From positions 1 through 24,371 of IMG/VR virus record IMGVR_UViG_3300023109_003548: a stretch of DNA of 24,371 nucleotides. One strand, given 5' to 3'. The notes below the pieces were generated by a model. The model was not told the origin of the DNA. It worked only from the letters and a program-made list of their open reading frames with translations, and did no database searches. This document shows positions 1 through 8,147 of the stretch, one piece after another (position 1 is the stretch's first letter; every line of letters starts with the position of its first letter). The position numbers were made by a program, and so were the translations under genes. The DNA is from a virus (Duplodnaviria; Caudoviricetes).

Positions 1-830
1 CCATCAGGCTTTGAGCTGTCGAAAACAATCTCGCCAGTATAGCCGACGACATCTTGTATTATATTTGTTAATTCAAGAATAGAGACTTCATCTTCAGATC
101 CGCAATTAAGGTGAGAGATTCCTTGTTCGTATACGTCGATTGCATCGACAGACTCTAGACAACGCGTCGACATTTCTGCCAAATCATCGACATATAAAAA
201 TTCCCGCAACGGTTTCCCTGAGCCCCAAACTTCAATCGTTTTCGCACCATTTTCTTTGGCTTCATGTACTTTTCTAATGAGAGCCGGTAAAACATGCGAG
301 CTTTTTAGATCAAAGTTATCTCGCGGCCCATACATATTGCAAGGCATAATTGAATAAAAATTTCTATCATATTGTTCATAATAACTTTCACATAATTTAA
401 TTGCTGCTATTTTTGCAATTGCATATGGTTCATTTGTTTTTTCTAGCACGCCAGTCAATAAACTTTCTTCAACAATTGGTATATCTGCATCTTTAGGATA
501 AATACATGAACTACCTAAATTAATTAACTTTTGTACATTAAGCTTGTGGGAGGAATGTATAATGTTGCTTGCTATTTGTAAATTTTCATATATAAAGTCT
601 GCGCGATATGTGTTATTGGCAAGAATACCTCCAACTTTTGCAGCGCAGATAATAACTGCATCAGGTCTTTCACGGCAGAAAAAAGACTCTACATCTTTTT
701 GTTTCGTTAGGTCAAGTTGCCTGCGAGTTTTTGTTAATAAATTTTTATAACCATTTTTAGTTAAATGTTCAAGAACGGCTGAGCCGACCATTCCATTATG
801 GCCTGCTACAAAAATTTTCTTTTCTTTCAT
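1..830 (-). CDS. fcl: GDP-L-fucose synthase (GDP-4-keto-6-deoxymannose epimerase/reductase), 3' end runs off the window
   Basis: Absent from the ORF track because it is truncated. Manual translation from ATG at 830: MKEKKIFVAGHNGMVGSA...CAAKVGGILANNTYRADFIYENL...LGSSCIYPK...EPYAIAK...VFDSSKPDG. ATGA overlap with the gmd stop. Confidence 0.95.
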   Translation of the reverse strand, partial: MKEKKIFVAGHNGMVGSAVLEHLTKNGYKNLLTKTRRQLDLTKQKDVESFFCRERPDAVIICAAKVGGILANNTYRADFIYENLQIASNIIHSSHKLNVQKLINLGSSCIYPKDADIPIVEESLLTGVLEKTNEPYAIAKIAAIKLCESYYEQYDRNFYSIMPCNMYGPRDNFDLKSSHVLPALIRKVHEAKENGAKTIEVWGSGKPLREFLYVDDLAEMSTRCLESVDAIDVYEQGISHLNCGSEDEVSILELTNIIQDVVGYTGEIVFDSSKPD

Positions 831-1858
831 CTGCTTAATTGCATATAATCATTTTGATACATCTTGCGAACAAGTCCTTGAAAGTCGGTTTTTCGCGTCC
901 ATCCCATTTCATTTTCTGCAAGACTGCAATCTCCACACAATTCGTGAACTTCTGCAGGTCGATAAAATTTAGGATCAACTTCGAAAATTAGTTCTCCATC
1001 TAAAGTATGATATTTTTCGTTATCTTCTGATCCAGAGGATGTAAAATTAATATTTGCATATTTAAGAGTTTCATTTAAGAATTCTCTTACTGTATGCATT
1101 TCGCCACTACCCAAAACATAATTCTTGGGTGTTTCTTGGTTTAACATTAACCAAACACCTTCCATGAAATCTTCGGCATCGCTCCAATCTCTTTTTGCTT
1201 CTAGGTTCCCCAATTTTAAAACTGGAATTGGTTTTTTATTTTCGATTGCTAATTTGATTCTAGCAACGGTGTTACTGATTTTTCGCGTTACGAAATCTAA
1301 GCCTCTTCGAGATCCCTCGTGATTAAAAAGCCAACCTTGCACTGCATATAAATTATATGATTCTCTGTATACTCTTACCAAGTGTCTGGCTCCACATTTC
1401 GCTGCGCCATATGGACTTTGAGGTCTAAGAGGATGCTTTTCGTCTTGAGGGCTGTAAATTACATCCCCAAATTCTTCACTTGATCCAGCATTATAGAACT
1501 TACAGTTTGGTGCGAATCTTCGGATTGACTCAAGTATATGAAGAACTGCATCTGCATCTGTATCCCATGTTTGAATAGGATAATCCCAACTACCTGCGAC
1601 AAAAGATTGAGCTGCAAAATTAATAAAGTAGTCGGGTTGCAGATCGATTACTACATCACGCATACTATGAGCATCATTTAGGTCCATGTTGATAAGTTTG
1701 AACCTAGGTTCGTTTTCTAAATGCAAGATATTCTCGTGATTTTTCACACTCAATCTTCGAGCGGTTCCATATATTATATGGTCCGTATTCTTTAATAGAT
1801 AGTCTACCATGTGACTGCCGTCTTGACCGGTTACGCCTGTTACTATGATTTTTTTCAT
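827..1858 (-). CDS. gmd: GDP-mannose 4,6-dehydratase
   Basis: GVTGQDGS Rossmann motif, AAQSFV, SSEEFG, SPYGAAK catalytic YxxxK, LFNHE, FVTRKI, LGNL..KRDW, YRPAEV. Adjacent to fcl. Confidence 0.96.
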   Translation of the reverse strand: MKKIIVTGVTGQDGSHMVDYLLKNTDHIIYGTARRLSVKNHENILHLENEPRFKLINMDLNDAHSMRDVVIDLQPDYFINFAAQSFVAGSWDYPIQTWDTDADAVLHILESIRRFAPNCKFYNAGSSEEFGDVIYSPQDEKHPLRPQSPYGAAKCGARHLVRVYRESYNLYAVQGWLFNHEGSRRGLDFVTRKISNTVARIKLAIENKKPIPVLKLGNLEAKRDWSDAEDFMEGVWLMLNQETPKNYVLGSGEMHTVREFLNETLKYANINFTSSGSEDNEKYHTLDGELIFEVDPKFYRPAEVHELCGDCSLAENEMGWTRKTDFQGLVRKMYQNDYMQLSR

Positions 1859-1873
1859 TGTATGATATTAACA
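1859..1873 (-). promoter_or_regulatory. Extended -10 promoter for gmd, probably leaderless
   Basis: Minus strand reads TG-T-TAATAT-CATACA-ATG. The 6-nt spacing from -10 to the start matches the promoters at 9662-9696 and 11824-11858. No recognisable -35 or SD. Confidence 0.55.
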
Positions 1874-1887
1874 AAAAAAGAGGAGAA

Positions 1888-2274
1888 TTATAGTTTGCAG
1901 ATGTTTTTAATTTGAGTGGTTGATATTTTTTTTGTTCTAGGTAAATAGATTACACTGCAATATTTTTTTAAAAAATCAAATTGACCTTGCCAATCGTCAC
2001 CCATGACTAAGCAATCTATGTTATATTTTTGTATATCTAGCGATTTTTGATTCCAATTTTCTTCTGGTATGACAATATTAACTAAAGAAATTGCATTAAG
2101 CCATTCTTTTCTTTTATTAAAAGAAAATTGACATTTTTTACCTTTGGTTGCATTGAAATCATCTGTAGATAAACCAACTATTAGTCTGTTTCCAAGTTTA
2201 GACGCCCTTATTAATAACTCTAGATGTCCGTAGTGGAAGGTATCAAATGTTCCATATGTTATGATGTTTTTCAT
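1888..2274 (-). CDS. tagD: Glycerol-3-phosphate cytidylyltransferase (TagD-like CDP-polyol synthase)
   Basis: ITYGTFDTFHYGH (HxGH), GLSTDDFN, IPEENWNQK, MGDDWQGQFDFL, RTKKISTT. At 128 aa it is colinear with Bacillus TagD as I recall it. Confidence 0.88.
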   Translation of the reverse strand: MKNIITYGTFDTFHYGHLELLIRASKLGNRLIVGLSTDDFNATKGKKCQFSFNKRKEWLNAISLVNIVIPEENWNQKSLDIQKYNIDCLVMGDDWQGQFDFLKKYCSVIYLPRTKKISTTQIKNICKL

Positions 2275-2999
2275 TTTTGTAAAGCGACTCTAAAAAGGTG
2301 CGAAAGTAAATTGCATCCTTGCATGATATCCTGACTGTTCGAATTTAAGAGTAGGGATTGGGAGAAAATTTTATTAAACAACATAACTCCAAAACAGTTT
2401 TTTGTTATTTTTTGAAAGTCTTTTCCAAGAAAGTCCTCTATACAGTTTTCCCAATGTATTGGAGAAAAATAGTGATGGCTGAATAAATACATTTTATCTT
2501 TATAGTTTGGCGCTATTTTCCACAAAGAGTCATATCCAAGTCCAGACCAATTAAAATTAAATGTTTTGCTGGAATTTATTTTCTCTGTTATGATGTTTAA
2601 GTGGTCTTGCAGGAATTTACAGTTCCTGACGGAGGCCATGAATCCAAGAGAAGGTTGGTTTTCTTTCCAGCCATAACCAACGTATTCATATTTTTTGAGT
2701 AAATTAAATATAGGGTTCATGTCTTTTAATAAAATGCAATCAGAATCTAGCCAAATTCCTCCGTATTTAACGAGTAGAGCTACCCTTACATAGTCTGCTA
2801 TATGAGCAATCTCTTTTAACTTAAAGAGATTTTCTGGTATGTTTTCTAGGTAGTCGCATAGATTATTTTTATTTATAAGTAATACCTGGATATTATTACC
2901 ACAATTTTTAAAAATTGTTTTCCTGCATAGATTTATGTATTCTGGGGTTTTAGTTTTTGGTTTATTATCCCAATATAAGAATATAGTTTTAGTTTTCAC
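2271..2999 (-). CDS. DXD glycosyltransferase, GT32 / capsular polysaccharide synthesis-like
   Basis: IFLYWD...P..INLCRKTI and the ADYVRVALLVKYGGIWLDSD signature. Confidence 0.85.
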   Translation of the reverse strand: MKTKTIFLYWDNKPKTKTPEYINLCRKTIFKNCGNNIQVLLINKNNLCDYLENIPENLFKLKEIAHIADYVRVALLVKYGGIWLDSDCILLKDMNPIFNLLKKYEYVGYGWKENQPSLGFMASVRNCKFLQDHLNIITEKINSSKTFNFNWSGLGYDSLWKIAPNYKDKMYLFSHHYFSPIHWENCIEDFLGKDFQKITKNCFGVMLFNKIFSQSLLLNSNSQDIMQGCNLLSHLFRVALQK

Positions 3000-3694
3000 T
3001 TGACAACAGATACTATCTCATGGGTATAACTTGATCCTTTCATTCTTGGAAAATTTTCATGCTTTACAATCTTATGATGATTCATTAAGTCACAAACTTG
3101 CCTTGATACCTGAGGGTCTTGCATATCATCAAAGATGATTACGCAGTCTTCTGTCATATTTCTATATAAATTGTTGAAATCTTTAGTATATGTGTTTTTC
3201 ACTCCATCTATATGTATTACGTCAAAAAAAATGCTTTGATTTTCTTTAGTGAATTTTGGTATTGATTCTAGACAATTTCCGATAATATAGTCAAATCTTT
3301 CTTGATATAATTCTTTTAAAACTCTGCAAGCCACCTTTACGTAAATTTCTGGATGTCTGTCTGGACACGGATGATAAAAGCTAGCTATATCGTTTGCAGT
3401 TATACATAGGTCTGGATTAGACTCTAGCGCAAGAAGGCTCGAATGTCCTCCATTTATTCCTATTTCAAACATATTTTTTTTACCTTGCATTGCCAAAGAG
3501 TATCTTGTTCTTTTTTCGTGCATTGGATGGTATAGTTCTTGCTCAAAAAAAAGTCCTGGGGTATGAGGGTAAAAGAGATTTCCTATGATTTTGACTGGAA
3601 CACCTTTATTTTCCAAGGCCTCTTTAATCTCATTATTAAGGTATTTAAGATTGTTTTCAAAGGATTTTTTTTGAATTATTTTTTTATATTCCAT
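2996..3694 (-). CDS. Class I SAM-dependent methyltransferase (Methyltransf_24-like), probable glycan O-methyltransferase
   Basis: FEIGINGGHSSL SAM-binding motif, GNCLES, FDVIHIDG, VIIFDD. Embedded among glycan genes. Confidence 0.78.
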   Translation of the reverse strand: MEYKKIIQKKSFENNLKYLNNEIKEALENKGVPVKIIGNLFYPHTPGLFFEQELYHPMHEKRTRYSLAMQGKKNMFEIGINGGHSSLLALESNPDLCITANDIASFYHPCPDRHPEIYVKVACRVLKELYQERFDYIIGNCLESIPKFTKENQSIFFDVIHIDGVKNTYTKDFNNLYRNMTEDCVIIFDDMQDPQVSRQVCDLMNHHKIVKHENFPRMKGSSYTHEIVSVVK

Positions 3695-4274
3695 GTTGAT
3701 TATTTATCCACTTGTTGAATTTTTGAATTGAGATGTTTTTATCTATAATAATATCAGTTTTTTTATGATTTCTTGGGGAATAGGCCCAGTGCCATTTTTT
3801 GTCGGGGATTATCCAGCAATCGCCATATTTTGTTTTTATATAATCGAGTTCATTTTCTGGAGCGGGAAATTTATGATTTAAGAACTCGATCTGTTTTGTG
3901 TTAAATTTTTTGTAAATATAATCAATCCTTATTATATCATTCAAGAAAGCGCAGTGATATTGATTGTTTCCGATTATATAATGAAAAAATAAATCGGTTT
4001 TCACTCCATTTCTCTCTAACGCTATTTCTAAAGAATCTTCTATGTAGCCAAATATGTGCTTAATGCTAAATCCCATATTAAGAATTTCCAATAAACATTT
4101 AGGGTTAAATGATGAAAAGTCAATTCCTAGGTCTGTATCAGTATCGTGAGATATGAAGTCGTTATGCCTGTAGTAGCCTAGTAAAGTTCCGTCTTGAATC
4201 CAGAATTTTACCTGAAATTTTTCAAGAATATTTGATAAATCTATTAGATTATTTAATGCAGTTGATTTATTCAT
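3684..4274 (-). CDS. LicD/fukutin-family phosphotransferase (CDP-polyol or CDP-alcohol donor)
   Basis: FWIQDGTLLGYYRHNDFISHDTDTDLG nucleotidyltransferase-fold motif, KHIFGYIEDSLEI, DLFF, YGDCWIIP..W.W..SP.N. Confidence 0.85.
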   Translation of the reverse strand: MNKSTALNNLIDLSNILEKFQVKFWIQDGTLLGYYRHNDFISHDTDTDLGIDFSSFNPKCLLEILNMGFSIKHIFGYIEDSLEIALERNGVKTDLFFHYIIGNNQYHCAFLNDIIRIDYIYKKFNTKQIEFLNHKFPAPENELDYIKTKYGDCWIIPDKKWHWAYSPRNHKKTDIIIDKNISIQKFNKWINNQHGI

Positions 4275-4929
4275 AATTCATGCAAATTGAACCTATGCAC
4301 ATATCCTCGCATCCACCCATAAGGTTTTTAAATTTATCGAAAAGGCATTTTTGTTGCAGTATTTTAGAGATAGAATTTTTACCTAAACAATAGCAACCTC
4401 CCGCCCAGTAAGACTTTGGCCAGCGATTATTTCCTAGTTCTGACACTATTACTTCTGGCATAACAAAGAGACTCTTTGAGTTTGCCCAGTTTCTGAATGA
4501 CTCGATAGTGTTTCCCGCGATCGGTGTTAATCCATTGTATTCTCCTATCACACCAGAATTATAAAACTTTTCCAAAAAATATTCAAAAGAAAATAACATA
4601 CTTGTTTTATTGTGCCTGTTTTCAATGATGTTAGAGTCTATTTTTAAGAGGTAATCGAACTCAAACAATTGATCGCACGCTTGTATCATTTTGTATGTCT
4701 TGATACAAAGATTATCGTAAGACTCTTCGGCTTTAACTGTAAGGGTGTTCTTGTTTAGTTTGTATTCTGAGTTAATCGATTCATCCGCAAAGACGTCGAT
4801 CGTTTGAAAGTTGTTCCTACTTGATATATCTTTATACCAATCTGTAGACTTTAACTTTTCGAGCGAACTGAGATCTTTTTCGCAAGTATAAATACATACT
4901 AATATTTTACTTGTGGATAAAGTAGACAT
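4267..4929 (-). CDS. GT31 (beta-1,3-glycosyltransferase/Fringe-like) protein
   Basis: ESYDNLCIKTYK, FDYLLKIDSN (DxD position), YWAGGCYCLG, EDMCIG. The ATG at 4929 (MSTLSTSK) is preferred over the track's GTG at 4962. Confidence 0.7.
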   Translation of the reverse strand: MSTLSTSKILVCIYTCEKDLSSLEKLKSTDWYKDISSRNNFQTIDVFADESINSEYKLNKNTLTVKAEESYDNLCIKTYKMIQACDQLFEFDYLLKIDSNIIENRHNKTSMLFSFEYFLEKFYNSGVIGEYNGLTPIAGNTIESFRNWANSKSLFVMPEVIVSELGNNRWPKSYWAGGCYCLGKNSISKILQQKCLFDKFKNLMGGCEDMCIGSICMNYE

Positions 4930-5653
4930 CTTTTCTGTCGTTTTGAAATTTTTTGAATTCACTGCAAACTGGGTCGCCCATCATAAATTCGCAGGGTTGA
5001 AGTTGTGAGCGAAGAAGGTATTGGAGTATCCACATGTCTGCATTGAATTGAGGGTTTTTCATAGACTCTCTGACCTCGCAAAACTTGTTATAAAATTTAA
5101 GCATGTTGCTATATGTTCCGCCAACAACTCCCATATTAATGAGCTCCCAGTTGTTGTAGTTTACCATAAACAAAACAAGATCTTCAAGATTAAATTGTTG
5201 ATGTGCCGCAAGATATCCGAATTGATTTAAATTGATACTATCTTTGCAAACAAAGTAATCTACTGTAGGATTTTGTTTGATTAGTTCGATTGGGTCTTTT
5301 ACGACTGTTACATCTGATGCATCATTGTGGAACACAACATCAAATTCGTTGTCTTGTAAAAAATCTCTAAAACAAAAAAATCTATAATCATTATTGCTAT
5401 ATTCAAAATCACCAACTTTGATAAATTTTATTTTATCGGTTGTATATTGTTCTACAAATTCGTCTGATAAATTGTCATGAAAAACAAAGCCATTTAATTT
5501 TAGTTTATCGACTGATTGATACCATGGTTTGATATAATTTATTTCGTTATTTGATACGCGGCCATCTGCATTGCGACCAACAACATAATTATCCTGCGGG
5601 CTGTTGGGGTGAATTTTTTTTGAGAAATAAGATGTGAGTAAAGCAAGTTTCAT
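4907..5653 (-). CDS. Putative GT-A glycosyltransferase resembling the PLOD/LH3 GT domain
   Basis: VFHNDASDV (compare FTDxYDV), LINMGVVGG (compare LNSGGFIG), ADMWILQY (compare DDQ..). Confidence 0.5.
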   Translation of the reverse strand: MKLALLTSYFSKKIHPNSPQDNYVVGRNADGRVSNNEINYIKPWYQSVDKLKLNGFVFHDNLSDEFVEQYTTDKIKFIKVGDFEYSNNDYRFFCFRDFLQDNEFDVVFHNDASDVTVVKDPIELIKQNPTVDYFVCKDSINLNQFGYLAAHQQFNLEDLVLFMVNYNNWELINMGVVGGTYSNMLKFYNKFCEVRESMKNPQFNADMWILQYLLRSQLQPCEFMMGDPVCSEFKKFQNDRKDVYFIHK

Positions 5654-6060
5654 TTTAACCTCAATATACTATTCCTTGTTTCTTTTGTCATTGGCATGGG
5701 TAATGATTTTTTCTCTATTTTAAAAAAGCCCCATTCCTCGTGTTCTATAGCATCGATAGCTTCGCTAGATGGAAAAATTAAATCATTTATCTCCATTGAG
5801 AATAGCGCGAAATACTTGTCTTCTTTTACAATGAAATCATCTAGAAATTTTATCTCTCCTGACGCTTTAACCCCTGTTTCTTCAAAAAATTCTCTACGAG
5901 CTGCTTGCTCGGGATTTTCACCTGGATCAATCATGCCGCAAGGCATAGACCAATGTCCTGATAGGTTGTGGCAATTTTTACTGCGTCGCCCAAGTAAAGC
6001 TAAGCCCTTCATGTGAGCCACTATTCCTGCGGCGATATAATTTTTAGTCGAGGAAATCAT
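5650..6060 (-). CDS. Nudix hydrolase
   Basis: Complete Nudix box G-MIDPG-E-NPEQAAR-REFFEETGV. Confidence 0.92.
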   Translation of the reverse strand: MISSTKNYIAAGIVAHMKGLALLGRRSKNCHNLSGHWSMPCGMIDPGENPEQAARREFFEETGVKASGEIKFLDDFIVKEDKYFALFSMEINDLIFPSSEAIDAIEHEEWGFFKIEKKSLPMPMTKETRNSILRLK

Positions 6061-7120
6061 CTAAGACTTGTTTATTTTGCCAATGTGGACAGCCGTCATA
6101 TTTCATTTTAACAATTTCTTCGCCATCTTCAACCTGTAATTCATGCTTATTTTCGAGAAATGCTGTCTTCTTTAAATTTCCATGCTTGTCTTTGAGCGCC
6201 CAGTATTCTCGAGGTTTCCTGAAAGGGCAAATAAATGCAACAATTGGCTCTCCATTTTTGTCAAGCACGGGTTCTCCGCGGGACATTTTGTATCCATCTT
6301 TACCACATGCAAGTGGACCTCCGAATGTGCCGTCTCTTGGATAGTCTTGCTTTGCTGCGAGATTGCTTTTTGCGGTCTCTTCGTCAAAATTATCAAGATA
6401 ACTTTGGAATTGCGTAAGTTGGTATTCAAATCCTTCCAGTTCTTCATCAGTAATTTTATCCATTTTTAAGCGACCTTTACCTGTGTTGCCCAAAAGATCT
6501 GTTTCGAGGTCAAATCTCAAAAATAAAAACTCACTCTGCGGGTCTGTTTCTGGCATCAAATGTTTTACTGCTAGGCAATATATTAAATTTTGTAGATTGT
6601 CTGTTATTTCTTTTCCTTTGAATACCGATTTACTACTTTTAAAATCTCGAATGATTACCGAATTGTCTTTGTATACGAATAGTTTGTCGATATATCCGCG
6701 AATTGCGTATTTTATTCCTAGTTCAGGCTTATCGATTTCTAGATCAAAAAAGCGCTCTGATTCTGCCAGTGCAGGTTTTTCATTTTCATCACCAAAAAAA
6801 TCACAGCGCAATCCGTTCACAATCATTTCGTCAATCAGGTCAAGGTTTTCTTTATCGCTTACGTCAAGTTCTTCAGCTTCTTTTTTAACTTGAGAGGCAA
6901 CTATTTCGGTATTCCAGATTGTTCCGTCTTTTATTATTTTATTATATTCGCGTTTGTGTTTATCTCCAAGAAGCTCGAACACATTGTGGCAAATTGTTCC
7001 CCTACTTGATCCATCATTGCCCGAATCAGGAAGTTTTAATTTATAATTGCACCAATAAGTCCAGCTACATGTTTGTGCGGTTTTAATTCTACTCGCCGAA
7101 AGCTTTGTTAGTTCACTCAT
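6044..7120 (-). CDS. PD-(D/E)XK exonuclease, Cas4/AddB/RecB-like, probable 4Fe-4S
   Basis: LSASRIKT..TC, GTICHNVFE, IRGYIDKL, IRDFKSSK, QNLIY. One N-terminal and three C-terminal candidate Cys ligands. Confidence 0.85.
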   Translation of the reverse strand: MSELTKLSASRIKTAQTCSWTYWCNYKLKLPDSGNDGSSRGTICHNVFELLGDKHKREYNKIIKDGTIWNTEIVASQVKKEAEELDVSDKENLDLIDEMIVNGLRCDFFGDENEKPALAESERFFDLEIDKPELGIKYAIRGYIDKLFVYKDNSVIIRDFKSSKSVFKGKEITDNLQNLIYCLAVKHLMPETDPQSEFLFLRFDLETDLLGNTGKGRLKMDKITDEELEGFEYQLTQFQSYLDNFDEETAKSNLAAKQDYPRDGTFGGPLACGKDGYKMSRGEPVLDKNGEPIVAFICPFRKPREYWALKDKHGNLKKTAFLENKHELQVEDGEEIVKMKYDGCPHWQNKQVLDDFLD

Positions 7121-8147
7121 TGTTTATGATTTTTTTGTTTTTTAATAAAGTCTTTGGCAATAATTTATGTATTTTATTTATTTTTTCTAGTATAAAAGAT
7201 TGTTGTGTTTTCGCGTCTAGTGATGATAGTTTATTTTGCCACTTATTAAAGTGTTCATCGTTCATATCTCCAAAATCTTTTGCAGTAGGTAAGCATATGT
7301 AAATTTTATCCGGATCATAGTAATTTAATAATTTTAAGTAATTTTTAATACTAGCTTCTAATCCTCTATTTCTGTCAGAATTTATATCATTGTTTAAAGA
7401 TAAAACTATTTGATTTACATTTAATGATAGTGTTGAGCATATTAATTTTGTTGACACATCTAATCCAAAAGTTACGAGAACATTATTATATCCGTGTTCA
7501 TGTAGGTTTAATAAATCACCTATGCTTTCTACGAAAATAACCTGTCCCGATTCATTGATTGCATCTCGAGTCTTCTCGTTTACATACAATGGATAAATCC
7601 AACCTTTCTTTCTGCCAACATGCTTCCATTTCGGACGATCTCCCGATACATACATATCTCTTCCGGAGAATCCATGAATTTGATTGTATTCGTTATAAAT
7701 TGGAAAAACAAATCTATTGTTTAATTTGCCACTTGTTGCGTAACCACATTTCAAGTGTTGCAAAGTTTCCGTTGAAATACCTTTGTCATTGTAAAATTTA
7801 TAATGAGGTAGTAGCCTTTCGAGGCAATTTTCTGGGTATATTTCTTCCATTTCTAGTTTTTCTGAGGATGTTACTTTATTGTAATTGGACCCGAGGTCAT
7901 CTTCTTCTATATATTGTTTTATCGAATTAGGGTCATTCGTCCCAAGCGTTATTTCTACAAGCCTTTTAAATGGAGAGAAAGAGCTGTCTTGAACGTGGTC
8001 TTTCCATACTCCTGTATTTTTGTAAATTTGAATAGCCGTTTTATTGTCACCGTTTCGGAATAAGGCATTTGTTTGCCAATATGATCCGCGGTCGGCTAGT
8101 TTATACCCTAATTGCAAAAGAGAGTCTTTAATTTTTTCAGGGTTCAT
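7113..8147 (-). CDS. DNA primase (DnaG-like Toprim)
   Basis: RFVFPIYN..NQIHGFSGRD, PKWKH, VIFVESIGDLL, LSLNND...G, KDFGDM. Directly coupled to the helicase gene. Confidence 0.85.
   Translation of the reverse strand: MNPEKIKDSLLQLGYKLADRGSYWQTNALFRNGDNKTAIQIYKNTGVWKDHVQDSSFSPFKRLVEITLGTNDPNSIKQYIEEDDLGSNYNKVTSSEKLEMEEIYPENCLERLLPHYKFYNDKGISTETLQHLKCGYATSGKLNNRFVFPIYNEYNQIHGFSGRDMYVSGDRPKWKHVGRKKGWIYPLYVNEKTRDAINESGQVIFVESIGDLLNLHEHGYNNVLVTFGLDVSTKLICSTLSLNVNQIVLSLNNDINSDRNRGLEASIKNYLKLLNYYDPDKIYICLPTAKDFGDMNDEHFNKWQNKLSSLDAKTQQSFILEKINKIHKLLPKTLLKNKKIINNE

Noticed and set aside
1-5653. Bacterial chromosomal capsule or O-antigen locus
   Set aside because: There are no export or polymerase genes, and the block is continuous, through overlapping genes, with divergent phage-type replication genes and a virion module.
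6044-7120. CRISPR-Cas system suggested by the Cas4-like nuclease
   Set aside because: There is no repeat-spacer array or other cas gene. The context is phage replication and recombination.
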